64,000 nucleotides of DNA. Origin: Vicinamibacterales bacterium. Lineage in GTDB: Bacteria; Acidobacteriota; Vicinamibacteria; Vicinamibacterales; UBA2999. Position numbers and translations under genes: made by a program. Location of the stretch: contig JBFXBH010000004.1 in NCBI GenBank assembly GCA_050183355.1, positions 1,807-65,806 on the forward strand. Direction: 5' to 3'. How positions within the stretch are numbered: the stretch's first letter is position 1; every line of letters begins with the position of its first letter. Positions 27,815 through 40,186 of the stretch are shown piece after piece. The notes under the pieces are model-generated. The model had not been told where the DNA came from and made no database searches. It saw only the letters and a list, made by a program, of their open reading frames with translations.

Positions 27815-30022
27815 GTGGACCGGGAGCTGTTGATCGAGATCGGCTGCGAGGAGATTCCGGCGGGCTGGCTGCCGGGGCTCACGGCGCAGATGGCGAAGCA
27901 CCTCACGGCGCGCCTGGCCGACACGCGTCTCGTGCATGCCGCGGCCGTGGAGGCGTTCAGCACGCCGCGGCGGCTGACGGCGCGGGTGAGCGGCCTGGCC
28001 GAGCGCCAGACGGACAAGGAAGAACTGGTGATGGGGCCGCCGGTCTCGGCCGCCTTCAACGCGGCGGGACAGCCCACGCCGGCGGCCATCGGCTTCGCGA
28101 AGAAGAACAACGTCGACGTGGCGGCGCTGCTGCGTGAGGAGACGCCGAAGGGCGCCTACCTCGCGTGCCGGCTCCAGCAGCGCGGCAAGGCCACGGTGGA
28201 CGTGCTCGGCGATGTGATGGCCGGACTGCTGCGCGACTTCAGCTTCCCGAAGCAGATGCGCTGGGACGCCTACCTCGAGGACGGCAAGGGCGACCTCGTG
28301 TTCGCCCGGCCCATCCGCTGGCTCGTACTGCTCTACGGCGGCCGCGTCGTGCCGTTTGTGATCCGCCGGACCGAGCACGCGCAGGGTCCGCAGGTGCAGG
28401 ATGTCGCCTCCGGCGCGAACACGTACGGCCACCGCTTCCAGACGACGAGCGGCCGCGCCGGCCGGGCCATCAAGGTGAAGACCTTCGAGGACTACGAGAA
28501 GCGGCTGCTGGAGAACTTCGTGATCCTCGACCGCCGGGAGCGCGAGCAGCGCGTCAAGCGCGAACTCGAGAGCCACGCGCGCCGGCTTGGCGGGCGGGTC
28601 AGCCACGCGGTGGCAGCCCAGTCCAGCCTGCTGCAGGAAGTACCGGATCTGGTCGAGTACCCGTGCGTCGTGGCCGGGCACTATCCGCCCGAGTTCCTGA
28701 AGCTGCCGGAAGAAGTGCTGACGACGACGATGATCCACCACCAGCACTACTTCCCGGTGGTGGACGACGCCGGCGCGCTGAAGCCGGCCTTCCTCGCCGT
28801 GACGAACATCGAGTCCGAGAAGCCCGAGGTCGTGGCCCGCAACTCCGAGCGCGTGCTCGTCGCGCGGCTGCGCGACGCGCAGTTCTTCTGGGAGGAGGAC
28901 AGCAAGGCGACGCTCGAGTCGCGGATCGAACGGCTGTCGACGATCCTCTTCCACAAGAAGCTCGGCAGCTACAAGGAGAAGGCCGAACGCATCGCCGTGC
29001 TCGCGGGCTGGATCGCCGCCGACGTGTTCGGCAGGCCGGATCAGGCGGACGCGGCGCGGACGGCCGGACGCTTGGCCAAGGCGGACCTCGGCACCGACAT
29101 GGTGCGCGAGCTGACGGAACTCCAGGGCACGATGGGCGGCATCTACGCCCGCCAGGAGGGGATGCCGGAGGCCGTCTGGAAGGCGATCTACCACCACTAC
29201 CTGCCCATCGGCGTGGACGCCGCCGCGGCGCCGTCCGCTGCGGACCTGGGCCCGGCGGCCGTCACGTGGGCGGCCGTGGCGCTGGCCGACAAGCTCGACT
29301 CGGTCGTGGGCATGCTGGCGGCCGGTGAGCGGCCGACGGGTTCGCGCGACCCGCTCGGTTTGCGGCGGCAGGCGCAGGGCGCCGTCAAGATCCTGGCGGA
29401 CCTGCACGAGGTCACGGGCATCTCGGCGCGCGTCACGCTGGGGCAGCTCGTCGCGAAGGCGGGCGAGCCGTGGACGCTGGACGCCGACGCGCACGACGCC
29501 ATCCAGGCGTTTCTCGTCGAACGGGTGCTGCATCTGTTCGAGCAGCGCGGGTTCGACATCCGCAACGCCCGTGCGGTCGCGGTGAGGTCGCTCGACGCGC
29601 TCGACGTGGCACGGGCGAAGCGGACGCTCGCCGTGCTCGCCGAGTTCGCGGCGCAGCCGGAGTTCCGGCTCCTGGCGGAGGCCGTGAAGCGCGTCAAGAA
29701 CATCTCGAAGGGCGTGGTGTTCACGCGGGGATGGGACGCGCTGCAGGCCTACGTGCCGGCGGCGGCGGACGCCGCGGAGCGGGACCTGATCGGCTACGTG
29801 GCGTCGCGCGTCTCCGTGATCGATGAGGCAGAGCGGACGGGGCAGTATCTCGCTGCGCTGAAGGACATCGCGGGGCTGCAGCCGTTTGTGGCGAAGTATT
29901 TCGACGATGTGATGGTCATGGCCGAGGATGCCGCCGTGCGCGACACCCGGCTGCAGGTGATGGCGGGGCTGCGCGACCTGGTCGTGCGGATCGCCGATAT
30001 TTCCGAGATCGTGGCGGAGTAG
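27815..30022 (+). CDS. glyS: glycyl-tRNA synthetase beta subunit
   Basis: GTG at 27815 gives [17 protein letters not shown], the canonical GlyS N-terminus. It follows the glyQ stop by 1 nt. Confidence 0.92.
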   Translation: MDRELLIEIGCEEIPAGWLPGLTAQMAKHLTARLADTRLVHAAAVEAFSTPRRLTARVSGLAERQTDKEELVMGPPVSAAFNAAGQPTPAAIGFAKKNNVDVAALLREETPKGAYLACRLQQRGKATVDVLGDVMAGLLRDFSFPKQMRWDAYLEDGKGDLVFARPIRWLVLLYGGRVVPFVIRRTEHAQGPQVQDVASGANTYGHRFQTTSGRAGRAIKVKTFEDYEKRLLENFVILDRREREQRVKRELESHARRLGGRVSHAVAAQSSLLQEVPDLVEYPCVVAGHYPPEFLKLPEEVLTTTMIHHQHYFPVVDDAGALKPAFLAVTNIESEKPEVVARNSERVLVARLRDAQFFWEEDSKATLESRIERLSTILFHKKLGSYKEKAERIAVLAGWIAADVFGRPDQADAARTAGRLAKADLGTDMVRELTELQGTMGGIYARQEGMPEAVWKAIYHHYLPIGVDAAAAPSAADLGPAAVTWAAVALADKLDSVVGMLAAGERPTGSRDPLGLRRQAQGAVKILADLHEVTGISARVTLGQLVAKAGEPWTLDADAHDAIQAFLVERVLHLFEQRGFDIRNARAVAVRSLDALDVARAKRTLAVLAEFAAQPEFRLLAEAVKRVKNISKGVVFTRGWDALQAYVPAAADAAERDLIGYVASRVSVIDEAERTGQYLAALKDIAGLQPFVAKYFDDVMVMAEDAAVRDTRLQVMAGLRDLVVRIADISEIVAE

Positions 30023-30032
30023 CGGAGGAGAG

Positions 30033-32825
<2,793 letters not shown>

Positions 32826-32853
32826 ACGGGCGGACGGCCAGGAGCCAGCGCCG

Positions 32854-34686
32854 GTGGGGAAGATCGTCCAGCTTCCGGTCGAACTGGCCAACCAGATCGC
32901 GGCTGGCGAGGTCGTCGAGCGGCCGGCGTCGGTCGTCAAGGAGCTGGTCGAGAACGCCATCGACGCCGGGGCACGGCGGATCCGTGTCACGGTCGAACTC
33001 GGCGGCAAGGCGCTGATCCGCGTCGAGGATGACGGCGAGGGAATGTCGCCGGAGGATGCCAGGCTCGCCCTGGCCCGGCACGCCACCAGCAAGATCCGGA
33101 AGGCCGAGGACCTCGCAGCCATCACGACGCTCGGCTTTCGCGGCGAGGCGCTGCCGTCGATCGCGTCCGTCTCGCACTTCACGCTGAAGACGCGCACGGC
33201 CGGCGCCCCGGCCGGCACGGAGATCCGCGTCGACGGCGGCACGATGGCGGCACCCTCGGCGGTCGGCGTGCCCACCGGCACGTCGATCGAGGTCCGCGAC
33301 CTGTTCTACAACTTGCCCGCGCGCCGGAAGTTCCTGAAGTCCGACGGCGCCGAGTCCGCGCAGATCTCGAAGGTCGTCACGCAGTTCGCGCTCTGTTACC
33401 CCGAGGTCGGCTTCTCGCTGACCTCCGGTCCCCGGACCCTTCTGCAGACGCCGCCGGCGGCCACGCTGCGTGACCGGCTCTACCAGGTCTACGGCGACCG
33501 TCCGGACCTCGTGGAGGTGCATCGGGAGGGCGACATCACCGTGACGGGCTTCGTGGCGGCGCTGGCCGAGCAGGGCCCGGTCCGTGGCCCGCAGCACGTG
33601 TTCATCAACCGGCGCATCGTCAAGGACCGGACGATCGGGCACGCCATCCTCGACGCCTACGGCGAGGCCTCGATTCGCGAACGGGCCCCGGAGGTACATC
33701 TGTTCCTCGACATGCGGCCGGACAGCCTCGACGTGAACGTCCACCCGACCAAGGCCGAGGTCCGCTTCCGCGAGCAGAGCCACGTCCACGAGGTTGTCAA
33801 GCGTGCCGTGGCCGACAGCCTGGGCCAGAGCCCGGTGCCGCAGGTCCGCCTGCACGGCGGGCAGGGTGAGATTCCGGGTGTGGCCCCGCTGCCGGTGAAC
33901 GTGCCGCTACCCGGTGCGTACGCGGGTGTGTTCGCGAACCGGTGGCGGCCGGGCGGTCCCGGCGGCCCGGGTGTCCCCGGCTATGCGGATGTGCCCGCCG
34001 GCGACGCGACGGCGTCAGCGCCGTCGTCGTGGTCGGGACCGGACATGGCCGGCGTCCGGGAGGCGGCCGACGCGCTGGCCGCGGCGCCGGCCGGGACGCC
34101 CGAGACCTTCGGGGCGCTGATGCCGCTCGGGCAGTATCGCGACACCTTCATCATCGCCATCGACGAGTTCGGCCTCGCCATCATCGACCAGCACGTCGCG
34201 CACGAGCGGATCCTCTACGAGCAGATCGCCGCGAGGCTGACGAGCGGCCCGCTGGCGAGTCAGCGGCTGCTGGAGCCGCTGCTCGTCGACGTGTCGGCCG
34301 CCGGGCAGGAGGCCCTGGCTACGCACGCGGCCGATCTCGATCGCCTCGGCTTTGACGTCGACGTGTTCGGCCCCGGTGTGGTCCGCGTGTCCGCCGTGCC
34401 GGCCATCGTGAAGCGCGAGGACGCCGACGCCACGCTGCGCGCGATGGCCGACGACCTCGACGGCCTGGACACGGGCGACCGGGCCCAGGAGGCCGTGCGG
34501 CTCATTGCCGCCACGATGGCCTGCCATGCCGCCGTGAAGGCGAACTATCCGCTGACGCACGAGAAGATGGTGCACCTGCTCCACGAACTCCGGCAGACGG
34601 CGCACTCGACCGTGTGCCCCCACGGGCGGCCCGTGATGCTGCGGCTGACGCGCCGGGAGATCGAGCGGAGCTTCGAACGTGCGTGA
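32854..34686 (+). CDS. mutL: DNA mismatch repair protein MutL
   Basis: 610 aa, GTG start. IAAGEVVERPASVVKELVENAIDAG GHKL ATPase motif, and a C-terminal endonuclease-type region (CPHGRP). Confidence 0.95.
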   Translation: MGKIVQLPVELANQIAAGEVVERPASVVKELVENAIDAGARRIRVTVELGGKALIRVEDDGEGMSPEDARLALARHATSKIRKAEDLAAITTLGFRGEALPSIASVSHFTLKTRTAGAPAGTEIRVDGGTMAAPSAVGVPTGTSIEVRDLFYNLPARRKFLKSDGAESAQISKVVTQFALCYPEVGFSLTSGPRTLLQTPPAATLRDRLYQVYGDRPDLVEVHREGDITVTGFVAALAEQGPVRGPQHVFINRRIVKDRTIGHAILDAYGEASIRERAPEVHLFLDMRPDSLDVNVHPTKAEVRFREQSHVHEVVKRAVADSLGQSPVPQVRLHGGQGEIPGVAPLPVNVPLPGAYAGVFANRWRPGGPGGPGVPGYADVPAGDATASAPSSWSGPDMAGVREAADALAAAPAGTPETFGALMPLGQYRDTFIIAIDEFGLAIIDQHVAHERILYEQIAARLTSGPLASQRLLEPLLVDVSAAGQEALATHAADLDRLGFDVDVFGPGVVRVSAVPAIVKREDADATLRAMADDLDGLDTGDRAQEAVRLIAATMACHAAVKANYPLTHEKMVHLLHELRQTAHSTVCPHGRPVMLRLTRREIERSFERA

Positions 34687-34702
34687 ATCGAGCCGCTCGC
34701 CG

Positions 34703-35491
34703 ATGTTCGCGGCGAACCTGACGCTGCTGTTCACGGAGCTGCCGTTCCTGGAACGGATTGGCGCCGCGGCGTCGGCCGGATTCGAGGCGGTCGAGTGCCA
34801 GTTTCCGTACGACCACCCGATCGAACACATCACGCATGCGCTGCGGGGGGCCGGCGTCGGCCTCGTGCTGCACAACATGCCGGCCGGCGACTGGGCCGCG
34901 GGAGAGCGGGGCATCGCCTGCCACCCCGGCCGCGTCGGGGAATTCCGGTCCGGCGTGGGCCGGGCCGTCCGCTACGCCACGGGCCTGCGCTGTCCGAATG
35001 TGAACGTGCTGGCCGGACTCGTGCCCGCGGGCGTGAGCGACGGCGAGGCCCGGGCCACGTTCGTCGAGAACCTGCGGTACGCGGCGGGCGTCACGGCGGA
35101 TGCCGGGCTGACGCTGCTCATCGAGCCCATCAACGGGCTCGACGTCCCCGGGTTCTTCCTGCGCCGGGCGGACGAGGCCGTGGCGATCATCCGCGAGGTC
35201 GGCGCGCCGAATCTGCGGCTGCAGCTCGACCTCTACCACACGGCTCGCGAAGGCGACGACCTGGTCGGGACGATCGAGCGCGTCGGGTCGTGCATCGGCC
35301 ACGTGCAGATCGCGGACGTGCCCGGGCGGCACGAGCCGGGCACCGGGAGGCTTGATTTCGCGGCGGCGTTTGCGGCGCTCGATCGGGCCGGATACGCTGG
35401 ATGGGTCGGTTGTGAATACAATCCGCTGGGCGCCACGGTCGACGGACTCGGCTGGCGGTCCGCCTGGATGACACAACGGAGGACGGAATGA
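34703..35491 (+). CDS. hyi: hydroxypyruvate isomerase family (TIM-barrel xylose-isomerase-like)
   Basis: ATG 34703 gives MFAANLTLLFTELPFLERI, the canonical Hyi N-terminus. An upstream GTG at 34679 is an alternative start. Confidence 0.8.
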   Translation: MFAANLTLLFTELPFLERIGAAASAGFEAVECQFPYDHPIEHITHALRGAGVGLVLHNMPAGDWAAGERGIACHPGRVGEFRSGVGRAVRYATGLRCPNVNVLAGLVPAGVSDGEARATFVENLRYAAGVTADAGLTLLIEPINGLDVPGFFLRRADEAVAIIREVGAPNLRLQLDLYHTAREGDDLVGTIERVGSCIGHVQIADVPGRHEPGTGRLDFAAAFAALDRAGYAGWVGCEYNPLGATVDGLGWRSAWMTQRRTE

Positions 35492-35889
35492 CGATTCGGA
35501 AGCTCGCCCTGACGGGCCTGGGAATGGCGGTTTCGCTGGGCGTGGCCGTGTCGGTGCTGGCGCAGGCGCCGACCGTGAAGCGGACGCTCCTGCAGACGGT
35601 GGACGTGGCGACGCCGGGCCGCGAGGCGGTCACGGGCAAGGCCGAGATCCCGCCCACCGGCTCCACCGGCAAGCACACGCACTTCGGTGACGAAGTCGGC
35701 TACGTGGCCGAGGGCACGCTGATGCTCGAGGTGGAGGGCGTACCGTCGAAGATGATCCAGGCCGGACAGGCGTTCCACATCCCGGCCGGCAAGGTGCATA
35801 ACGCGACGAACCACGGCACGGGCAACGTGGTCGCGGTCGTGACCTACATCGTCGAGAAGGGGAAGCCGCTCACGACGCCAGTTCCGTAG
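35488..35889 (+). CDS. exported cupin-domain protein
   Basis: 133 aa. Signal peptide LGMAVSLGVAVSVLAQA, and cupin motifs GKHTHFGDEVGYVAEG and FHIPAGKVHNATN. ATGA overlap with hyi. Confidence 0.75.
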   Translation: MTIRKLALTGLGMAVSLGVAVSVLAQAPTVKRTLLQTVDVATPGREAVTGKAEIPPTGSTGKHTHFGDEVGYVAEGTLMLEVEGVPSKMIQAGQAFHIPAGKVHNATNHGTGNVVAVVTYIVEKGKPLTTPVP

Positions 35890-35908
35890 CCTCGCGATTA
35901 CTTCGGGC

Positions 35909-36004
35909 CGCGCACCGGGATCGCGTTTCCTGCGCTCCCTGGGCGCCAGTGAACCGCACCCGGCTTGAGAACCAGTCGCGCTGGAAACGCGATCCCGGCG
36001 CGCG
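35909..36004. repeat. long imperfect palindrome (16-bp perfect arms CCGGGATCGCGTTTCC/GGAAACGCGATCCCGG plus flanking pairs) in a convergent intergenic region
   Basis: Arms at 35915-35930 and 35983-35998. A further 5 bp pair outside one mismatch (35909-13 with 36000-04), and 4 bp pair inside (35932-35 with 35978-81). Confidence 0.6.
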
Positions 36005-36052
36005 TCCCTCGCTTTGCTCGGACGTGCTCGCGCGCCGTCACGGCCCAATAGA

Positions 36053-37402
36053 CTAGCGGCCGGATTCGCTCTTGGGCGCGTCCGGCCGTTTCAGCGTACG
36101 CTCCTCGCCGCGGTCGGTCGGCCGGTAGTAGCGGCGGTCCTGCAGCGACTCGGGCAGGCACACCATGTCCGTGACGGCGCCCGGCGCGTCGTGCGCGTAC
36201 TGGTAGCCCTTCCCGTAGTCCAGTTCCTTCATCAGCTTCGTCGGCGCGTTCCGCAGGTGCAGCGGCACGGGCTCGGCAACCATCGTGTGCGCGTCGGCCG
36301 CGGCGGCGTTGTAGGCCGCGTAGACGGCATTGCTCTTCGGGGCATTGGCCAGGTAGATCGTTGCCTGGGCCAGCGCGGTGTTGCCCTCCGGCATGCCGAG
36401 AAAGTGGACGGCGTCCTTCGCGGCGATCGTGACGCTCAGCGCCCGGGGGTCCGCGTTGCCGACATCCTCGGACGCAAAGCGAACGAGCCGCCGGGCGATG
36501 TAGAGCGGGTCCTCGCCGGCCTCGACCATCCGGGCCAGCCAGTAGACCGAGGCGTCGGCATCGCCGTTGCGCATCGACTTGTGCAGCGCGGAGATCAGGT
36601 TGTAGTGCTCTTCACCGGTCTTGTCGTACAGCAGGGCCCGGCGCTCGAGCGTGGAGGCCAGCGAGGCCAGCGTGACGTGGGCGACGCCACCCTCGACTCT
36701 CGGCGCCGTCGCGACGGCAAACTCCAGCAGGTTCAGCGCGGCCCGGGCGTCGCCGTTGGCGTGACGGGCGATCGCCCCGAGCGCGTCGGGCTCGACTGCC
36801 GGAGGGGCGTCGTCGATCGCGGGGTCGGCGAGCGCGCGCCGGAGGAGCGCGACGATCGCGTCCTCGCCCAGCGCCTTCAGCACGAACACCTTTGACCGGG
36901 ACAGCAGCGCCGCGTTCACCTCGAACGACGGGTTCTCGGTCGTGGCGCCGATGAGGATGATGTCGCCCGCTTCGACGCGGGGCAGGAACGCGTCCTGCTG
37001 CGCCCTGTTGAAACGGTGAATCTCGTCGACGAAGACGATCGTCCGCTGGCCGGTCTGCCGCCGGAGTGCCTCGGCGGCGGACATGACGTCCTTGATGTCC
37101 TTGATGCCGGAGAGCACGGCCGAGAACGGCACGAACCGCGCGCGTGTGGTGGTGGCCACGACGCGGGCCAGCGTGGTCTTGCCGGTGCCCGGCGGGCCCC
37201 AGAGGATGAGCGACCGGAGCTTGTCCCGCAGGATCGCCTCACGCAGCGGCGTGCCCGGGCCGAGGATGTGGTCCTGGCCCGTGATGTCGTCAAGGGTCCG
37301 CGGCCGCATCCGCTCGGCGAGCGGCGTGCCGGCCGGCACGGGGGCCGGTGCGGTGCCTGGGCCGTCGCCGGGCGCGGGCGCGTCGTCGAAGAGCGAGGGC
37401 AT
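36053..37402 (-). CDS. rarA: replication-associated recombination protein A (AAA+ ATPase)
   Basis: Start at MPSLFDDAP (ATG 37402). LILWGPPGTGKTTLA Walker A, VFVDEIHRFN, and a MgsA C-terminal domain. Confidence 0.92.
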   Translation of the reverse strand: MPSLFDDAPAPGDGPGTAPAPVPAGTPLAERMRPRTLDDITGQDHILGPGTPLREAILRDKLRSLILWGPPGTGKTTLARVVATTTRARFVPFSAVLSGIKDIKDVMSAAEALRRQTGQRTIVFVDEIHRFNRAQQDAFLPRVEAGDIILIGATTENPSFEVNAALLSRSKVFVLKALGEDAIVALLRRALADPAIDDAPPAVEPDALGAIARHANGDARAALNLLEFAVATAPRVEGGVAHVTLASLASTLERRALLYDKTGEEHYNLISALHKSMRNGDADASVYWLARMVEAGEDPLYIARRLVRFASEDVGNADPRALSVTIAAKDAVHFLGMPEGNTALAQATIYLANAPKSNAVYAAYNAAAADAHTMVAEPVPLHLRNAPTKLMKELDYGKGYQYAHDAPGAVTDMVCLPESLQDRRYYRPTDRGEERTLKRPDAPKSESGR

Positions 37403-37412
37403 CGGCCGGCGA

Positions 37413-38210
37413 TCAGGGCGCCGTGCGCTGCCGCCGGGCCGCGTACAGCAGCAGGGCTCCGGCGATGCTGACGTTGAGGGACTCGACCGGTGCGGCCATC
37501 GGCACCGTGACGCGGACATCCGAGGCCTCGAGCACCGCCTGGGCGAGGCCGGGCCCTTCACCGCCCATGAAGATCGCCGTCGGCAGGCGCCAGTCCACCT
37601 CCTCGGGGGCGCAGCCGCCGTGGGCCACCGCTGCGACCGTGCGGAGTCCGGCCCTGCGGGCGTCGGCCAGCAGCTCCTCGGTATCCAGTGCCACGGCGAC
37701 CGGCAGGCGCAGTGCGCTGCCCATGCTGCCGCGCAGCGCCTTCCACGAGAGCGGGTCGGCCGAGACGCCCGACGCGATGACGCCCGTGGCGGACGCGGCC
37801 TCCGCCGAGCGGACGAGCGCGCCGAGGTTGCCCGGGTCCTGCACGTCCGCCGCGACGACGAGGAGCGCCCGCGGAACGCCGAGGAGGCCGGCCACGGCCG
37901 CGAGCCTGCGCTCGACCAACGCCACGAGGCCCGAGGGCGACCGCACCGGACTGATGACCGCCATCAGGTTGCCCGTCACCACGGCGACGTCCGTGCCCGC
38001 GGCCTCGAGCCGGGACGCGAGGCCCGCGAACTCCGGGTCGTCGAGCTCGGCGTCGGTGATCGCCGCGGCCGGAATCGGCAGGGCGGCGTCGAGTGCGGTG
38101 GCCACGAGGTGGGCGCCGTCGAGGAGCACGAGGTCGCCGCGCGCGTGCCCGGTCGCGACCTCCCGGAACTGCTGCACCAGAGGATTCTGTCGGCTCGAGA
38201 TCGCGCGCAT
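37413..38210 (-). CDS. TrmH/SpoU-family RNA 2'-O-methyltransferase
   Basis: ATG 38210 (MRAISSRQNPLVQQF) preferred over the GTG at 38237. SpoU C-terminal motifs VQDPGNLGALVRSA and ESLNVSIAGALLLY. Confidence 0.8.
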   Translation of the reverse strand: MRAISSRQNPLVQQFREVATGHARGDLVLLDGAHLVATALDAALPIPAAAITDAELDDPEFAGLASRLEAAGTDVAVVTGNLMAVISPVRSPSGLVALVERRLAAVAGLLGVPRALLVVAADVQDPGNLGALVRSAEAASATGVIASGVSADPLSWKALRGSMGSALRLPVAVALDTEELLADARRAGLRTVAAVAHGGCAPEEVDWRLPTAIFMGGEGPGLAQAVLEASDVRVTVPMAAPVESLNVSIAGALLLYAARRQRTAP

Positions 38211-38261
38211 GGAGGGGTCCGGGCGCGAGGATAGCACGTGCTACCATGCCGCTAATCCCCG

Positions 38262-38735
38262 ATGAAGGACCGTATCCTCAAGCGTTTTCACGACGAGATC
38301 AATGCGCTGGAGCGCGAGCTGCACGTCGAGCTCCCGAAGGAGATCCAGCGCGCGCGCGAGCTGGGCGACCTGCGCGAGAACGCCGAATACAAGGCGGCGA
38401 AGGACCGGCAGAGCATCGTCGACGCGCGCCTCGCGATGCTGAAGCGCCGCGTGGCCGAGATCCAGTTGATGAACCTGGACCGCATCCCGCACGGCAAGGC
38501 CGGCTTCGGATCCACGGTGCACCTCAAGGATGAGACCGGCGCCACGGTCGTCTTCCAGCTCGTGATGCCGGAGGAAGCGGACGCCGAGAAGGGGCTGATC
38601 TCCACGGCGTCTCCGATCGGGCGCGCGCTGCTCAACAAGGAAGCGGGCGACGAGATCAACGTCGTCACGCCGAACGGCACGCGCGAATTCGAACTCCTGA
38701 AGCTGGTCACCATTCACGACGACGACGAGGCGTGA
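38262..38735 (+). CDS. greA: transcription elongation factor GreA
   Basis: 157 aa. Coiled-coil N-domain with the DLRENAEYKAAKD motif, and a C-terminal FKBP-like domain. Confidence 0.93.
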   Translation: MKDRILKRFHDEINALERELHVELPKEIQRARELGDLRENAEYKAAKDRQSIVDARLAMLKRRVAEIQLMNLDRIPHGKAGFGSTVHLKDETGATVVFQLVMPEEADAEKGLISTASPIGRALLNKEAGDEINVVTPNGTREFELLKLVTIHDDDEA

Positions 38736-40186
38736 GCGACTACTCGCCGCGCAGGCGCACGGCCCTGGTGCTCGCGGGCACCGGTGCGCACGGCGCCTAC
38801 CACGCGGGCGTGCTCCGGGCGCTGCACGAGGCCGGCGTCAAGATTGACGTGATGGCCGGCCGGGGCGTGGGCGGTGCCACCGCCGCGCTGGCCGCGATCG
38901 ACGGCGCCGCCGGGCTCTGGGGCGCGGCGAGCCCGTGGCTGCGCGAGGCGGACCGCCCTGCCTATCAATGGCGTCCGGCCCTGCGGATCGCCGGATGGCT
39001 GACCGTGCTGCTCGCCGGCGTCGTCGCGTTCCCGGTGCTGCTGCTCGCGGCGGCTCTGCTGGTCTATCCCCTCGGGTTTCTGCTGGAGATGCTCGGGTCG
39101 TCCGCCGGGGCCGCGCTCGTGGGCGGGTACGCCGGATGGCTGACCGAGGCCTTCGCGGGCCCGAACCTGCCGACGTATGTGCCGCGGGCCGCGATGCTCG
39201 TCGGCGGGCTGATTGTGCTGACGGTCGGCATCGGCACCGTCCTCGCGCGCCTCGGGGCACCGGCGCGGCGGGAAGTGCGCGGGGGGTGGTGGTGGGCGCT
39301 GGCGGCCGCACCGCTGGACGCCACGCTCGTGCGCCGCGTGTTCATCGACACGCTGTGGAGCCTGATTCGCGGCGCGGCCGCGAGCGAGAAGCCCGAGGCC
39401 CGCGCCGTCGGCCGGCGCTACAGCGAGGTGCTGGCCGAGAGCATGGGCCAGCCCGGTGTCTGCGAGCTGATGGTCGTGGTGTCCGACGTGGACGCCCGGC
39501 AGGACGTCGTGGCCGCGTTTCTGCGGGAGCCGCACCGGGCACCGTTCTTCGCACCCAGGCCCGGAGCCGAGCGCCAGGCCGAGGCGGTGGACCTCGCCGG
39601 ACCCGCGGGCGAGTTGCTCCCGGAACTGCTGGCCGCGGCGCTGACGCCCGCCGTCGGCGTGGAGCCGCACCTCGTCCGCTTCGCCCCCGAGAGCTACTGG
39701 CGCGGGGAGGCCCGCCGGCTGTGCGACCGCGGAGGCGCCATCGTGCGCCTGCTGGAGGAGCTGGCATCGGCCGGCGTGGAGCAGGTGATTCTGGTCGGCG
39801 GGCCCGCCTCGCGTCCCCGGCCGCATGCGCTGCCCACCGCCGGACTCGGACTGACGGACCGTCTCGGCGACGCGCTGGCTCTCGACGAGGCGTCCGCGAT
39901 GCGGGACGCCGCGCTGGCGGTGCGGGGCCGGTTCGCCGGCGTCTACGTGATCGTCCCCGACCACAGCGCCATCGGTCCGTTCGACCTCGACGGCGCGTAC
40001 GACCGGGCGTCGGACCGGCAGGAGACCGTGGCGGAGTTGCTGAGCCGCGGGTACGAGGATGCCCACACGCGGTTCATCGCGCCCGTGCTGGGCGAGAGCG
40101 GTGAGTATCTGCGCGTGCCCGATGCGGCAGAACTGGGAGCAACCTATGGGGACGGGGTTTTCGACACGGCTGATCCACGCGGGTGA
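38732..40186 (+). CDS. patatin-like fold membrane protein with degenerate catalytic motifs
   Basis: 484 aa, GTG start. N-terminal LVLAGTGAHGAYHAGVLRAL...MAGRGVGGATAA aligns to the patatin GGGxRG / GxSxG blocks, but with Gly in place of the nucleophile Ser. About four TM helices are inserted (residues about 80-190). Confidence 0.6.
   Translation: MSDYSPRRRTALVLAGTGAHGAYHAGVLRALHEAGVKIDVMAGRGVGGATAALAAIDGAAGLWGAASPWLREADRPAYQWRPALRIAGWLTVLLAGVVAFPVLLLAAALLVYPLGFLLEMLGSSAGAALVGGYAGWLTEAFAGPNLPTYVPRAAMLVGGLIVLTVGIGTVLARLGAPARREVRGGWWWALAAAPLDATLVRRVFIDTLWSLIRGAAASEKPEARAVGRRYSEVLAESMGQPGVCELMVVVSDVDARQDVVAAFLREPHRAPFFAPRPGAERQAEAVDLAGPAGELLPELLAAALTPAVGVEPHLVRFAPESYWRGEARRLCDRGGAIVRLLEELASAGVEQVILVGGPASRPRPHALPTAGLGLTDRLGDALALDEASAMRDAALAVRGRFAGVYVIVPDHSAIGPFDLDGAYDRASDRQETVAELLSRGYEDAHTRFIAPVLGESGEYLRVPDAAELGATYGDGVFDTADPRG

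Noticed and set aside
35898-36161. 87-aa minus-strand ORF in the cupin/rarA convergent gap
   Set aside because: It is Arg/Ala/Pro-rich, overlaps the rarA 3' end and spans the long palindrome. It has no Shine-Dalgarno and no recognisable motif.
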